DNA of 43,889 nucleotides from Octopus sinensis (GCF_006345805.1 NW_021834873.1:1-43889), one strand, 5' to 3'. Counted from the stretch's first letter, positions 25,878 through 39,113 are shown. Numbers and translations are program-made. The notes: generated from the letters alone by a model not told the origin.

Positions 25878-26204
25878 TACCAAATAAATCCTTGACCACC
25901 ATATAAATATCTCCTGGTTTCGTCCATCCGACAGCCTTCCTCCGCGTTGATGTCTCAATAACGCTTGATTTTATTTGTATTTGTAGTAAAAGTCACTTTA
26001 ATATAAATGCGTGTACAACTGCAGCTGGTATACTAAAGGTGTTTCATTAAATAATTTATAGCATATTTCTTCTGATTAACAGTCTGAAATTGTTAGTTCT
26101 ATTTTTATTGTTTACAACATTTAACCAATATAAATCATAATACACCAACTAATTCACCAAAATACCAATAATGCTGATGCATCTTGTTACAGCTTCATTA
26201 TTTG

Positions 26205-26360
26205 TACCCATAAAGTTGCGTGAAAGAAGTATGAAATATTTGCTTTCAAAATATCTTGTGATATATTTAAGAGATGAGCTGCAAAATAAATTCATTATTG
26301 GACTTCTACCCGGCATCTATTTTATTAATGAAATAATTTCGTGACATACATAAAAACGGT
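26205..26360. repeat. Interspersed repeat, homologous to 22020-22170
   Basis: See 22020-22170. Confidence 0.85.
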
Positions 26361-26517
26361 TTTCCCGTCATTCTGCATTAGATACATTAAATGTATGCAT
26401 GTATGTATGTACGTATGTAACTGTATGTGTGTGAGAGTGAATTATATATGGGCTTGTGTATGTATGCATGTAAATATGAATGCACATACACACAGACACG
26501 CATACACACACTCACAC

Positions 26518-26555
<38 letters not shown>

Positions 26556-26619
26556 ATGGATATATAGACAGATAACCAAATAATTAGAAATATAGATAGA
26601 CAGATATATAGATAGATAT

Positions 26620-26652
<33 letters not shown>

Positions 26653-26683
26653 TAGATAGATAGATAGATAGATAGGTAGATAG

Positions 26684-26716
<33 letters not shown>

Positions 26717-26821
26717 CAGAGAGACAGAGAGACAGAGAGATAGAAAGACAGACAGACAGACAGACAGATAGATAATTAGATAGCTAGATAGATAGATAGA
26801 CAGAGAGACAGAAAGACAGGC

Positions 26822-26852
<31 letters not shown>

Positions 26853-26860
26853 TAGCAGAT

Positions 26861-26927
<67 letters not shown>

Positions 26928-27150
26928 TTGCTAACTAAGATTTATTATTAGATTTTTCTCGTCTAGCGTGTTCTGCTAAATGGTATTTCGTTTTCTGGTC
27001 TGCTACGCTGGCGCTTGTAATCCACTTACAATTTACGTAGTTTAAACAATGCTTCATGCTGCTGCAATGAGTATTCTTGTCGGGAATTATATTAGAATAT
27101 TTTCTTGAGACAAAGAAAGTGTTTAGTAATTGGGTGTATGCGTATGCATG

Positions 27151-27231
<81 letters not shown>

Positions 27232-27359
27232 ATATATATATATATATGTATATGTATATATAGTATTTATTTTGTTAGGAATGTATTAGAGTACAAAACG
27301 GAGCTCGTTTACCCTTAGAATTACCAAGTCCGCTACTATTCGAAGAATAGGATTCGGCA

Positions 27360-27719
27360 TTCATCGTGTCTGAATATTGCTTTATCGATCATACGTGAGG
27401 CTTTGTTGCGTGAAGGTCTGTGTAGTAATGCACTGGGGTGAATCAAGAAATAAATCTCAATAATTATATATATATATATGTGTATGTATGCATGTATATG
27501 TGTGTATGGGTGTATATATATGCATATACACATGTATATATATATATATTATATATATATATATATATTGTATATATCTATATATAATATATATATATAT
27601 ATAGATATAGAATATACTATCTATATATGTATATAATATATATATATATATATATAGATATTATATATCTATCTATCTATATATATTATATATAATATAT
27701 AATATCTATATAAACATAC

Positions 27720-27761
<42 letters not shown>

Positions 27762-27852
27762 GTATACACGCAACAAATTTGCATTCACACATATATATGT
27801 ATACATAAGCAACAAAGACTCACCTACGATCGATAAAGCAATATGCGATGGA
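27360..27852. repeat. Long-range inverted repeat (36-bp arms at 27374-27409 and 27809-27844)
   Basis: ATATTGCTTTATCGATCATACGTGAGGCTTTGTTGC matches the reverse complement of GCAACAAAGACTCACCTACGATCGATAAAGCAATAT at 33/36 positions. An extra helix TTCATCGT (27360-67) / GCGATGGA (27845-52) includes G-U pairs. Confidence 0.9.
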
Positions 27853-27965
27853 GTTTACAGATACACACACGCGCATTCACACACACATAAATAGACGGCT
27901 ACACAGACTGACAGATAGATTGATTGATAGATTGAGAGAGAGAGAGAGGGGGGGCAGACAGAACT

Positions 27966-28014
<49 letters not shown>

Positions 28015-28023
28015 GAGACAGAA

Positions 28024-28125
<102 letters not shown>

Positions 28126-28864
28126 GTAGGTAGGTAGTAGTAGGTAGGTAGGTAGGTAGATACCATGGTGTATGCATATACATGCATAGACATATATATA
28201 TATGCACATATGTGTATGCGAGTACATGTGTGTGTATATATACATATGTATGTATATATGTATGCATGTATGTATGCATGTATGTATATTGTTGCATAGG
28301 AGTTTTCACGTCTACGCATACAACATTCAATAGATAAACCTTGAACCATTAACCTCCCTCAGGGGCTGATTTCTGATTTGTGCTTTTATGGTGTCTACCT
28401 CTGCAAATAATAGAAACAGAAGGCACAACGTAACAACAATTTATTTAAATGAAAACTGTTTAAGAATTCCCACATGAATTTCATAGTTGTTTCCAATTAA
28501 ATCTCGCAGTTTTTTCCGGCTACATATGGCATATGTAGCGCAACAGCCACGAATTTCAAAATAGAATTTGTGAATCGGAGTACACCGTAACGAAAAATTC
28601 AAGACCCTGCAACCTATGTTATTTCGGAGAAATATCTTATGGAGCTTACTTCTTCATGATTGGTGGTTTGGTTGATTACAATACAATCCAATCTATTTCT
28701 CTTTTAATAGAATGGTATTAGATAAATAAGCTAAATTAATTCGAAGTGCATTATGACAAGCGATGTATAAACATTTTCGATAGTCTGCTCGATATCACGA
28801 TACCATAGTATAATATATATATATTATATATATTATATATATATATATATATACGAATATAAAA

Positions 28865-29260
28865 AATGAGGCAAGAACGCAACTGGCGACAGCATGACAT
28901 TCAATTAGAATGTACAAAAAGGGACGAGAAAAAACATGGACAGATCCTTCGGAGTTTTATTTCGTCAGTCGAGTTCCAGATTATCTTTACAGAGATAGCT
29001 CCAATCTGGCCAGCTACAAGGAAAATCTAAGCTAAGAGCACTAGATTTCTTTGAAGAAACCAGTGAATGTATACGAAAACAAGGAGGGAAATAAAACGGA
29101 GAAATGGTACACAGATACAAATACAAACAACAGGACCTTAACAACATGTGACTTTCGACTAACAATGGATTGAATGAAGCTGGCGTGTGTGGAAGTGAAG
29201 GAAGCCTTACAGCAGGGACAGAAGAGATGACAGGCATGGGGAGGAGAACGTAGATTTCAA
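28865..29260. mobile_element. Penelope-type interspersed repeat, homologous to 38660-38960
   Basis: Shared GCTCCAA...GGCCAGC..CAAG.AAA..CTAAGCT...AGCA...A.ATTTCTT.G.AGAA. It abuts (TA)n. The minus strand carries a CTGACGA...CCGAAGGATC hammerhead-like relic at ~28943-28968. Confidence 0.6.
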
Positions 29261-29297
29261 TACAAGGTTAGAGGTGAGCTTAAATTCATCACGAAAA

Positions 29298-29326
29298 CAC
29301 TAGCAATTCCGGGTCCAACAGCTAGT
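29298..29326 (+). mobile_element. Possible Helitron/Helentron 3' terminus fragment
   Basis: GCAATTCCGGGTCCAACAGCTAGT resembles the GCCGGG...CAGCTAGT ends of rolling-circle elements. Confidence 0.3.
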
Positions 29327-29624
29327 ATATGCGTATATGTTTGTATGTAGATATGAATGTACCTATCAGTTTGTCTGTCTGCCTATCTATCTATCTCTAT
29401 ATATACATAAGTGTGTGTGTATGTGTGTGTGTACGGATGTATGTATATGTATATGTAATTGCATATGCACACATTTACATACATAGATACTGATATTTTC
29501 AAAATTGTGTAAGCATATATAAAATTGATATATCAAATATATGCATAGATTATATATTTGCATATCATATTTCCATGAGTACACAACTGCATTCATAGGT
29601 GTAGATATATGCACAGCCATGTGA

Positions 29625-29662
<38 letters not shown>

Positions 29663-30544
29663 TATAATCTATATGTATATATCTATACATACATATATAT
29701 GTGTGTGTATGTATATATATTTTTTATATATTATCTTATACATATATATGTATATACGTGTGTGTGTATACTTATATATAACATATATATGTTATATATA
29801 AAATAAATCCACAACCACAGACAGACGCACACAGACATAAAACACACACACAGACATTTCTAGATTATTTTGTGTTTGAATTTTCGGGAAAGAAGTGAAA
29901 ATTGCAACATAAATCAAATTTAGCTGTAAAACTTAATTGAAAATATTTTCGTTATTTCATTGTTTATATTATTAATAGATATTTTTGTTGTTTTTGTTGT
30001 TGTTAATTTTAGTTATATTTATCAAATAATAATTGTAGTTGTTCTTGTTGTTGTTGTTGTTGCTGTTGTTGTTACTGTTGTCGGTATTGTTGCCCCTGTT
30101 TTGCATTTATTGTCGCCCTTGTTGCTATCGCCATTGTTGCGTTTGCACTTGCTGTTGTTGTTGTTGTTGGTGGTGGTGTTGTTGTTGTTCTGGCTCTCCT
30201 GTGAAAGTAGACTCGAACAATGATTAAATATTTCCAACCGTGACCAGCCCGTCTTTTAATCTTACGTGTAGAGAAGCAAGGGCCATGTTATTCCCTCTGT
30301 CATTCGTACAGACTAGAGGACTTGCACTTGAAGGAATATTTCGCTGTTATTTCTGAAACGATCGAACAAAATATTTCTAATGTTGCTGCTGCCGCTACTG
30401 CAGCTGCTGCTACTTACTATTATTTCTATCGCCTTTTGTTGATATTGTTGTTCTTTATCTCATTATTTGTTCGTCTTCTTATGGCATTCTTTCGTTCTAT
30501 GTGAAAGAACATTGTTTTTTTATATATTATCACAATATGTATGC

Positions 30545-30604
30545 TTTCATCATCATCATCATCGTTGTTGTTGTTGTTGCTCTCTTTTTCTTCTTCTTCT
30601 TCTT

Positions 30605-30684
<80 letters not shown>

Positions 30685-30719
30685 TATTATTATTTTTTTT
30701 ATTGGTGCTGGTAGTAGTT

Positions 30720-30750
<31 letters not shown>

Positions 30751-30790
30751 CAGTAGTAGTAGTGTAGTAGTAGTAGTAGTAGTAGTAGTA
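30545..30790. repeat. Compound trinucleotide array (CAT)(GTT)(CTT)(ATT)(CAG)(TAG)
   Basis: Directly visible. Confidence 0.95.
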
Positions 30791-31152
30791 CCTCTGCCTC
30801 AGCGAAAGCGGAAGTATGGTTTTCAGTCGTGTGGGTTTCTTTGTCCGGGGACAAGATATCTCAAGAACAGCAGGACGGATTGAGATGAAATTTTCAGGGA
30901 TGTTTGGTATCGTGATTGGCACTAGGTGATTAAATTTTGGGATCCATCCGATATCGGACAAAAATTCTGGATTATTTTTCCGTTTTTTTTCCTTAATTTT
31001 TTAGAACGGTCGGTTTCATTTTTAGTATTCTCATTTGTGTGAGCAGTCGCGTTTATTTCGGATATTCTCATTTTAAAAATCTTCTCTGGTTAATTGTTGA
31101 GAGGACACTGGTGTTGCTTTAGCGGAGAATTTGCGCTCTCTGAGTGCTCTTG

Positions 31153-31154
<2 letters not shown>
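30789..31154 (+). mobile_element. Non-autonomous Helentron (HINE/DINE-1-like) element
   Basis: 5' subTIR TACCTCTGCC with partner GCGGAAG (5' stem), internal GATATCTC..GGATT..GATGAAATTTTC, 3' subTIR AGCGGAGAAT (31121-31130), and 3' hairpin GCGCTC-TCT-GAGTGC (31133-31147) followed by a T-rich end. No TSD. Confidence 0.8.
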
Positions 31155-31219
<65 letters not shown>

Positions 31220-31403
31220 CATTATTATTATTAATATACTTCCATAAGTTTAAGACTGTTACCGTGATCCTTATTAAAACACTCGGTTTTTTTTACCTTC
31301 TTCATGATTAATACATATTCATCAACATCTATTGTTATTATTGTTATCATCCTCATTCTCATCATCATCATCATCATCATTATTATTATTATTATTATTA
31401 TTA

Positions 31404-31434
<31 letters not shown>

Positions 31435-31702
31435 TTTGTTATTATTTCCGTTGTTGTTGTTGTTGTTATACACAGCAATTACATTATGTCTATCAGGTGC
31501 TTCCTCTGTTTCTCACATTTTCCTTTTACTTTCCATTGTTTTCTGCTGTTGTTGTTGTTGCTATTGTCAATGCTGCTGCTGCTGAGATTAATGTTCTTGT
31601 GCTTTTGTAAAATGATTATGGAATCTAAATCTCAGTTAAGGTGAAACAATAACTCTTCCTTCTCGTTTATTATACACGTGTGTTATTATACATACACATG
31701 TA

Positions 31703-31744
<42 letters not shown>

Positions 31745-32026
31745 GCATGCCCGTATAAATATATACATGCATGTATAAATATATGTGCATGTGTGTGAAT
31801 AAATAATATATAAGTATATATATACATATATATATATATGTTTATGTATATGTATATATACATACATACGTATATGGATATGTATAATAATATATATGGA
31901 TATGTATCTACATATATATAGACATATACATGCATATACGTATATATAGACACATATATACGTATATATATATATAATTTATATATATATAGATATATAT
32001 ATATGTGTCTGTGTGTATGTGGTACG

Positions 32027-32078
<52 letters not shown>

Positions 32079-32130
32079 ATTATATATATTATATATATAT
32101 ATATACAGCTGCGGTGTTGTGTCGGGAGTG

Positions 32131-32221
32131 AACGTGGGTGTATCACTCGATTCCGCTGAATTGCATAACCTCCATGATTGGAATTTTGCTGCGGAGTTAT
32201 ACAATTAATGGAATCCACGTT
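32131..32221 (-). ncRNA. Candidate pre-miRNA-like hairpin
   Basis: Minus strand: GAUUCC/GGAAUC, AAUUGUAUAAC/GUUAUGCAAUU (11/11 including one U-G), UCCG/UGGA, a 17-nt loop, and basal AACGUG/CACGUU. Confidence 0.4.
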
Positions 32222-32821
32222 GTAGGCGATAAATTACGAGGCTTTAATATATTTGTCAGTAATAAGGTAATAAGGCTACGATACACATGCATGGATTTTC
32301 ATAATATAATAACATTAAACGGTTTTCCCTTTATTTACAGCATCGTTCGGGAATACATATTTTAGTTACGTATCGTTCATTTTATTACATTTTTTTTATT
32401 GATCTATCGATTTGAAAATTATTGACTTATCTCAGGATATTAAAAATGTTTTCTTTTTATATAGTCTTCAATTACTCAAATTAAAAGAGATTCATATATG
32501 CCAACAAAGACTGTTACGTTATTTTATTCGATATTCCAGGAGACAGATTCTATATCGTTATGAATTACTTTATGTTTTAAGCAGTCCAAGCTGTATCTTT
32601 TCCCTAATGCCCGTCGTTTGAATCTCCTGCTATCAGACTATTCTTTATTCTTTTTTTTATAATTTTACCCAAATTCATACATTCCAGGAATGACTTTTGC
32701 ATACTTCGAATCATTCAATATCCATTGCGGTCATGTAACTCTATTAAGAATTATTTAATTCGATTGATAATTCTTTTTACTATAAATGTAAGGTCTGAAG
32801 ACTGCATGATTACATCTAGTT

Positions 32822-33020
32822 AATCCAAACATGAACAAAGAGAAAACACAAGAACGCGAGGACGTGGAATAAGTATAGTGTTATTGGACACTCGGGAAAG
32901 GAATGAAAGAAGGAGGGGCTCGAGCGGGGCTCTTCGTCAGAAATATAGAAAAAAAGAAAAAGTTCAAAGAAGGGAAGATGGAGAAAGAAAATCGCCAACG
33001 ATACACACGCGGTCACATAT
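32822..33020 (-). mobile_element. Penelope-type repeat with truncated hammerhead motif
   Basis: Minus strand 32940-32922 reads CTGACGA-A-GAGC-CCC-GCTC, with GAAA/NUH lost. Homologous to 20990-21165. Confidence 0.65.
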
Positions 33021-33029
33021 CGAAATGGT

Positions 33030-33400
33030 TACATCTACCCCGGTACTTAACTGCTACCTATTTTATCGAACCCGGAAGGATGTAAAAAAAATGATCTCGG
33101 CGGGATTTAAACGCTGACCATAAAGACGGACGAAATCCGTCTAAGCATATAATCTGTCGTGCTAATAATGGTAGTGCCAAATTGATAATTCTTTGAACTA
33201 TAGGCACATGACCTGAAACTTTGGGAAGAGGGAGAATAGCTGATTTCATTGACTCCAGTTCTTGACTGGTATTTAATTTCTCAATCCCCCAAAAGATGAA
33301 AGGTAAAGTCGACCTCGGTAGAATTTCAACTCTGAATGTAAAGACGGAAAAAATGCTGCTATGCATTTTGTCCGGCGCACTAATTACTCTGCCAGGTGAA
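33030..33400 (-). mobile_element. Two SINE family A copies
   Basis: GATGAAAGGTAAAGTCGACCTCGGTAGAATTTCAACTC and related motifs. Confidence 0.88.
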
Positions 33401-34744
33401 TAACGAAAACAGCAATGTTTTCACTTTCCAAACCTCTTCTTCTAACGGCGTTACATTGTCTCTCTGTATTAGGCAATGCCTTGTATATACCAAAGCTCTC
33501 GAATCACTGGACCTTGTATTATTTGGTAATGGCTGCACAAAAAGAACAAACTTCAAATTTTAAATTTCTCTTTTATTAACGTTCCCATCCTGTGGAGAGG
33601 TTTTGCATAATATATGCCTTATATATGTAATAATTAAAATATACATAATGAACTTTATTGTGTTTGGTTATGCGCATTATTCCTCGATCAGTTTCGCGTG
33701 AAACGAGTTCGCCGTGTAAAAAAGTTTGGGGATAGCTGTGAAAGACTTCGTAGGGCAAATTATAGTACAGAAACGAAACCGATATGGAAAGCAACTAAAC
33801 GGCGTTTTACGCAGTCAAAGATATTTCTATTAAGTGTTAACTTGGCAGAGTTTATTTCCCATTCTCTTTAATAGTCTTATTTAGAGTCATACGTTCCAAG
33901 TACGACACCTACATGAATTGCGTTACTTAATAAAAATCAATCAGGGTCACATCGATGGTTTAAGAAATGCTTATCTAGGTCTGTGCACTTGACAATGAAA
34001 TCAACAAGATAACGTCTCATGCACTTTTAATTCCCCCCCCCCCATCTGTTTTTTTTTTCTTCTTTTCATTCCTTCTGGTAGTCAGAAATGAAAACACCAA
34101 AATGGCGGTTCACGCGGTCCAGCCTATCATTTTAAAATCTTTATTAAGGTGTAAACATGAGAGTCGTTTGACTTCTCCTCCAACAGATCTTTCTCCATTT
34201 CTTTTGGTAGTCATTAGAAAACAACAAAATGGCGTCCATTCAATACATTACACAAAGTTTTTTTTTTTTTATAATTTTATCTTCAATCATGATTTTCTCT
34301 ACTGAAAACATTTTTTAAACATTGAAGGATAAGATTTTTTTTTAAATCAAACATATATCAGAACTTCTATGGCTTTTAATTCTTTCAAATTGTAAGAATA
34401 TTTAGGTACATTAACGAATTCATCAGAAACTGTTTGTAAATATGAGATACGGACTGCTGTCATCTGAACGAAAACAACCGGAATTACTTTAATCATATCA
34501 AATTGATACCCAATGCACAGTTTTACTGCTTTTAGTAATTAAAATGCGGTCATACTGTAGCACTACATTGGAGTTTCTTTGATCGAGTATATTGATATCA
34601 ATATTTATTTTAGTTTGCGGCTTTCATAAACATCTGTCTATAAAGTGGATTTGTTAATGATTTTGTCGTAAAGAATTGGCCCTCGATACTGATCAGAACA
34701 AATACAGACATACAGATATACACATAAACATTTTTATCGTTTAT

Positions 34745-35047
34745 TCTTTTATTCTTTTACCTGTGTCAGTCACATGACTGGCAGCCATGCAGGAGCACCG
34801 CCTTAATATATATATATATTCTTTTATTTGTTTCAGTCATTTGACTGTGGCCAAGCTGGAGCACCGCCTTTAGTCGAGCAAATCGACCCCAACACTTAGC
34901 CTCTGTAAGCCTAGTACTTATTCTATCAGTCTCTTTTGCCGAACTGCTAAGTTACGGAGACGTAAACACACCAGCATCGATTGTCATGCGATACTGAGGG
35001 GACAAACACAGATACACAAACATATATACACATATGCATATATATAG

Positions 35048-35093
<46 letters not shown>

Positions 35094-35190
35094 TACGACG
35101 GGCTTCTTTCAGTTTCCGTCTACCAAATCCGCTCACAAGGCTTTGGTCGGCCTGAGGCTATAGTAGAAGACACTTGCCCAAGGTGCCAAG
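34745..35190 (-). mobile_element. SINE family B (with duplicated tail)
   Basis: TTTCAGTCATTTGACTGTGGCCAAGCTGGAGCACCGCC...GACACTTGCCCAAGGTGCC. An extra tail copy lies at ~34745-34803. Confidence 0.92.
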
Positions 35191-35910
35191 TTTTTTTTTT
35201 TAATTGCCAATCAAAGAAGAGTTAAAGTTGTCTTCATTATAGGGTCTGAACAAACAGCGCACACAGCAAAAAATAATTACTAAAGAGCATTTATACAGAA
35301 CACTGACAATTCGGCCAATAGCTCATATTCAGGGATGTACTTTACAATTTTATGAATATCACAACGATGAAGGACAAAGTAAAACCTCGAGAGAGTTGAA
35401 ATCCGAACGCAAATACCTGGAACTATTAAGCGAGGTCAGAGTCACATTTCATCTTCCAGAAATCAATATGATATAATTCTTATATATTTTGTTTTTTCTT
35501 CTTTTTTTTCTTTCCTTTCCATTTTTCTTTTTGTTTCTATGAGGCTTTCGGGATAGTTCCGGCAGGAATCTTCTTCTATATCTTTGTTTGAAATGAATGA
35601 TCGAATAAGGAATTTGGTAAATGGCTTTTCTATTTATATATGATTTGGTGCCGATATTTCACTGTGGAATAATGTGATGAACAACTACGTGGTTTATTGT
35701 ACAGGCTCAAACAGAGAAAGAGAGAGAGAAAGAGAAAGAGAGAGAGGCACGCACACGCGTGACACGCACACACACACAGACACACAGAAATATATGTATA
35801 TACATATGTGTAAATACATACACGCATATAGTGTGTTTGCATAGGCATATGTATAAACATTTATATATATAAATATATATATAAGCATTCATTTTTACGC
35901 CTATATATGC

Positions 35911-35997
<87 letters not shown>

Positions 35998-36127
35998 TAT
36001 ATATATATGGCATATATGTATATATGCATATATGCATATCTGCATACATGCATTTGTACATTATAGAATACACAATCATATCTACGTATATATAATTATA
36101 TCTATATATATATATATATAATATATA

Positions 36128-36173
<46 letters not shown>

Positions 36174-36403
36174 TATATATGAATATATATATGTATATAT
36201 AGATATATATGTATATATATTCAAATCATATATATATGCGTGCATTACATATGCATATGTATACACGCGCATGTGTGCGTACATTCAAATATGTTTATAG
36301 AATATGCACTCATATACACCTATATAATATATATATATATATTATGTGTGTGTGTGTGTGTGTGTGTACAGATGCTGATATACTTATATTTATGTACTAT
36401 ATA

Positions 36404-36471
<68 letters not shown>

Positions 36472-37028
36472 TGTGTATTCTTATACATACGTAGATGCAT
36501 ACATACACACACACATACTAACATATCTGCTGGAAAGGTTAAATAAATATATCATACCATAGAATACACATATACATATTCTAAATACCTGCCTATGCAC
36601 ATATATAAGAACATACGCAAACACACTCACACACACACACACAGTCACATAAAATGATATACAGTTTACACACGCAGATATGATTGATATAAATGTGCCA
36701 CGATTATGAGCTTGGCGATATTTGCATATGTGCATATATCTAAATGTCCACATATCCGTATATCTTTCAAGTTAGATTTACAGGTGGGGGGGAGAAAAGG
36801 GGTGCAAGACCAAGATGATGATAGAGAAAATACGAGAATGGGAGAGAGTGTGAGAGAGAGAGAGAGAGAGACAAAGACAGACAGAGATAAACAGAGGAAA
36901 TAAATGAGCGAAGGAGAAAGTGAAAGTGAAACTGAAAGTAGGAGGGTGATAAAGAAGGAGATATATTAATTATTTGATATATGACTTCAGAGACACACAA
37001 GACTGGAATATTCTGCGGAATGACTTAC

Positions 37029-37091
37029 TTCTGAAAGCTTTCCAAATATTATTAATTTTCACTGTCATTTTACTATGGAAGGATGTCACCG
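37029..37091 (-). other. Candidate 63-nt exon (unverified)
   Basis: Minus strand: TTTGGTCTCCTCCAG| 63 nt |GTAAGT. One open phase-1 frame, VTSFHSKMTVKINNIWKAFR. No recognised homology. Confidence 0.3.
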
Positions 37092-37269
37092 CTGGAGGAG
37101 ACCAAATCATATAAACAAATAAATATATCTCATACGTTCACTTTATTTCCATCCCCTCTCTCTCTCTCTCTCTATCTATCTCTATATCGTTCGCTCTCAC
37201 ACACTCACTCAATATTTATTTCTTCTCTCCCACAAATTAATACACAGGCTCACAGACGAATATGGACTA

Positions 37270-37309
<40 letters not shown>

Positions 37310-37687
37310 CATTACTTTCTGCTTGACACTGGCCACTTAATTTTCTCATACTTCATGTATACTTTACATATGAACGTTTTTATGTGTGTATATATATATG
37401 TATATATATATATTGTATATATATATATAATATATATATAATATATATATACACATATATGTGTATATATATATATATATATATTGTGTGTGTATGTATA
37501 ATATATATATATATTAATATATATATATATATAATATATATATATATTATATATTATATATATATATATATTATATATATATATATATATTATGAACGTA
37601 AATATGCGTCTAAGCATGTGAAGTGCGTGTGTGTGTCTGTGTATGTTCATACGTGTATGCGTGCGTGCGTGATTGTGTGTTTGTGCG

Positions 37688-37900
37688 AGGCGGCAAGCTG
37701 GCAAAAATCGTCACCGCGCAGGAAAAAAGTGTTTGACCGTATTTCTTCCGATTTTACATTCTAAGTTCAAATGTCGTTGGAGCCGGGTTTGTATTTTCAC
37801 GCTTTTGGAATCGATAAATTGTTCTGTTTGGGGGAGGGGATCGATATAATCGATTCATCCCCTCTCATTTCATTGTTGGCGGTGTGCCAAAATTGGAAAT
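37688..37900 (+). mobile_element. SINE family A, degraded
   Basis: GGCGGCAAGCTGGCAAAAATCGT...AGTTCAAAT...TCGATAAATT. Confidence 0.85.
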
Positions 37901-38092
37901 CAGTATGTTTATGTATGTGTATGTGTGTATACGGATAGTAAGAGAGGGTAGGCAGACAGATGTAGAGAAAGAGAAAGAGAGAGAGAGAGAAGAGTGACAG
38001 ACAAACATATAAAAGCAGACAAATAGATAGATAGACAGATCGATAGACGGACAGACAGACAGACAGAGACAGACAGACAGACACATAGATAT

Positions 38093-38197
<105 letters not shown>

Positions 38198-38409
38198 CCG
38201 AGACTAGTAAATAAACAAGCAGAGTGTTGTGGCAAGAAATTAAAGAAACATATTTATACGCATGTCCTTACGTGCTCTTCAAGTTCTGAGTTCAAATTCC
38301 ACCGAGATTCACTTTGCCTTTCATTCGATATCGTTATACGTCTAAAATTCACAAAATATATTAGCAATTTTTAAATAAAATTCCTTATAATATCTAATCG
38401 TAAAAATAT

Positions 38410-39080
38410 TCTTTTATTCTTTTGTTTGTTTCAGTCATTTGACTGCGGCTTAGCTGGAGCATCACCTTAATCGAACAAATCTACCCCAAAACTTATTCTT
38501 TGTAAGCCTAATACTTATTGTATCAGTCTCTTTTGCCAAACCGCTAATTTACGTAGGACATAAACACACTAGCATCGGTTGTCAAGTGATGGTGGAGGGA
38601 CAAACACAGACTCACACACATATATACATATATATATATATAAGAATGAATGTTTTTATATATAATGAACGTGAAATACAGGAAGGGACGAACACGGAAC
38701 ACAGACAAATCATTCGAAGCCTTCATCTTCAGTCAGACACCGAATCATCATAGCAAATTTCGGCTGTTCAATTCTGATATTTGCTCCAACTCGGCCAGCC
38801 CCAAGAAAAAAACTAAGCTGTAAGCATAATATTTCTTGGTAGAAGACAGGAATGTGAAACGCCCAAGACGGATGTGAATACAAGAGACGAAAAACGAATT
38901 GAAAACAGTAATGAAAAAACAAAATATATATAACGGTGGTTGTCATACGACTTTAGACCAAATGAGAAAAAAAACAAACAACAACAACAAACATAGTTCA
39001 GCTGCTGGCGTAGAAATTATTACCGTTTCGGTAGCGTGGACACACTGTTGGTCAGATACGAAGGCCAACAGAATATATTC

Positions 39081-39113
<33 letters not shown>

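Noticed and set aside
33691-33704. GTTTCGCGTGAAAC resembling bacterial parS
   Set aside because: A single imperfect copy in eukaryotic DNA; chance or an unrelated transcription factor site.
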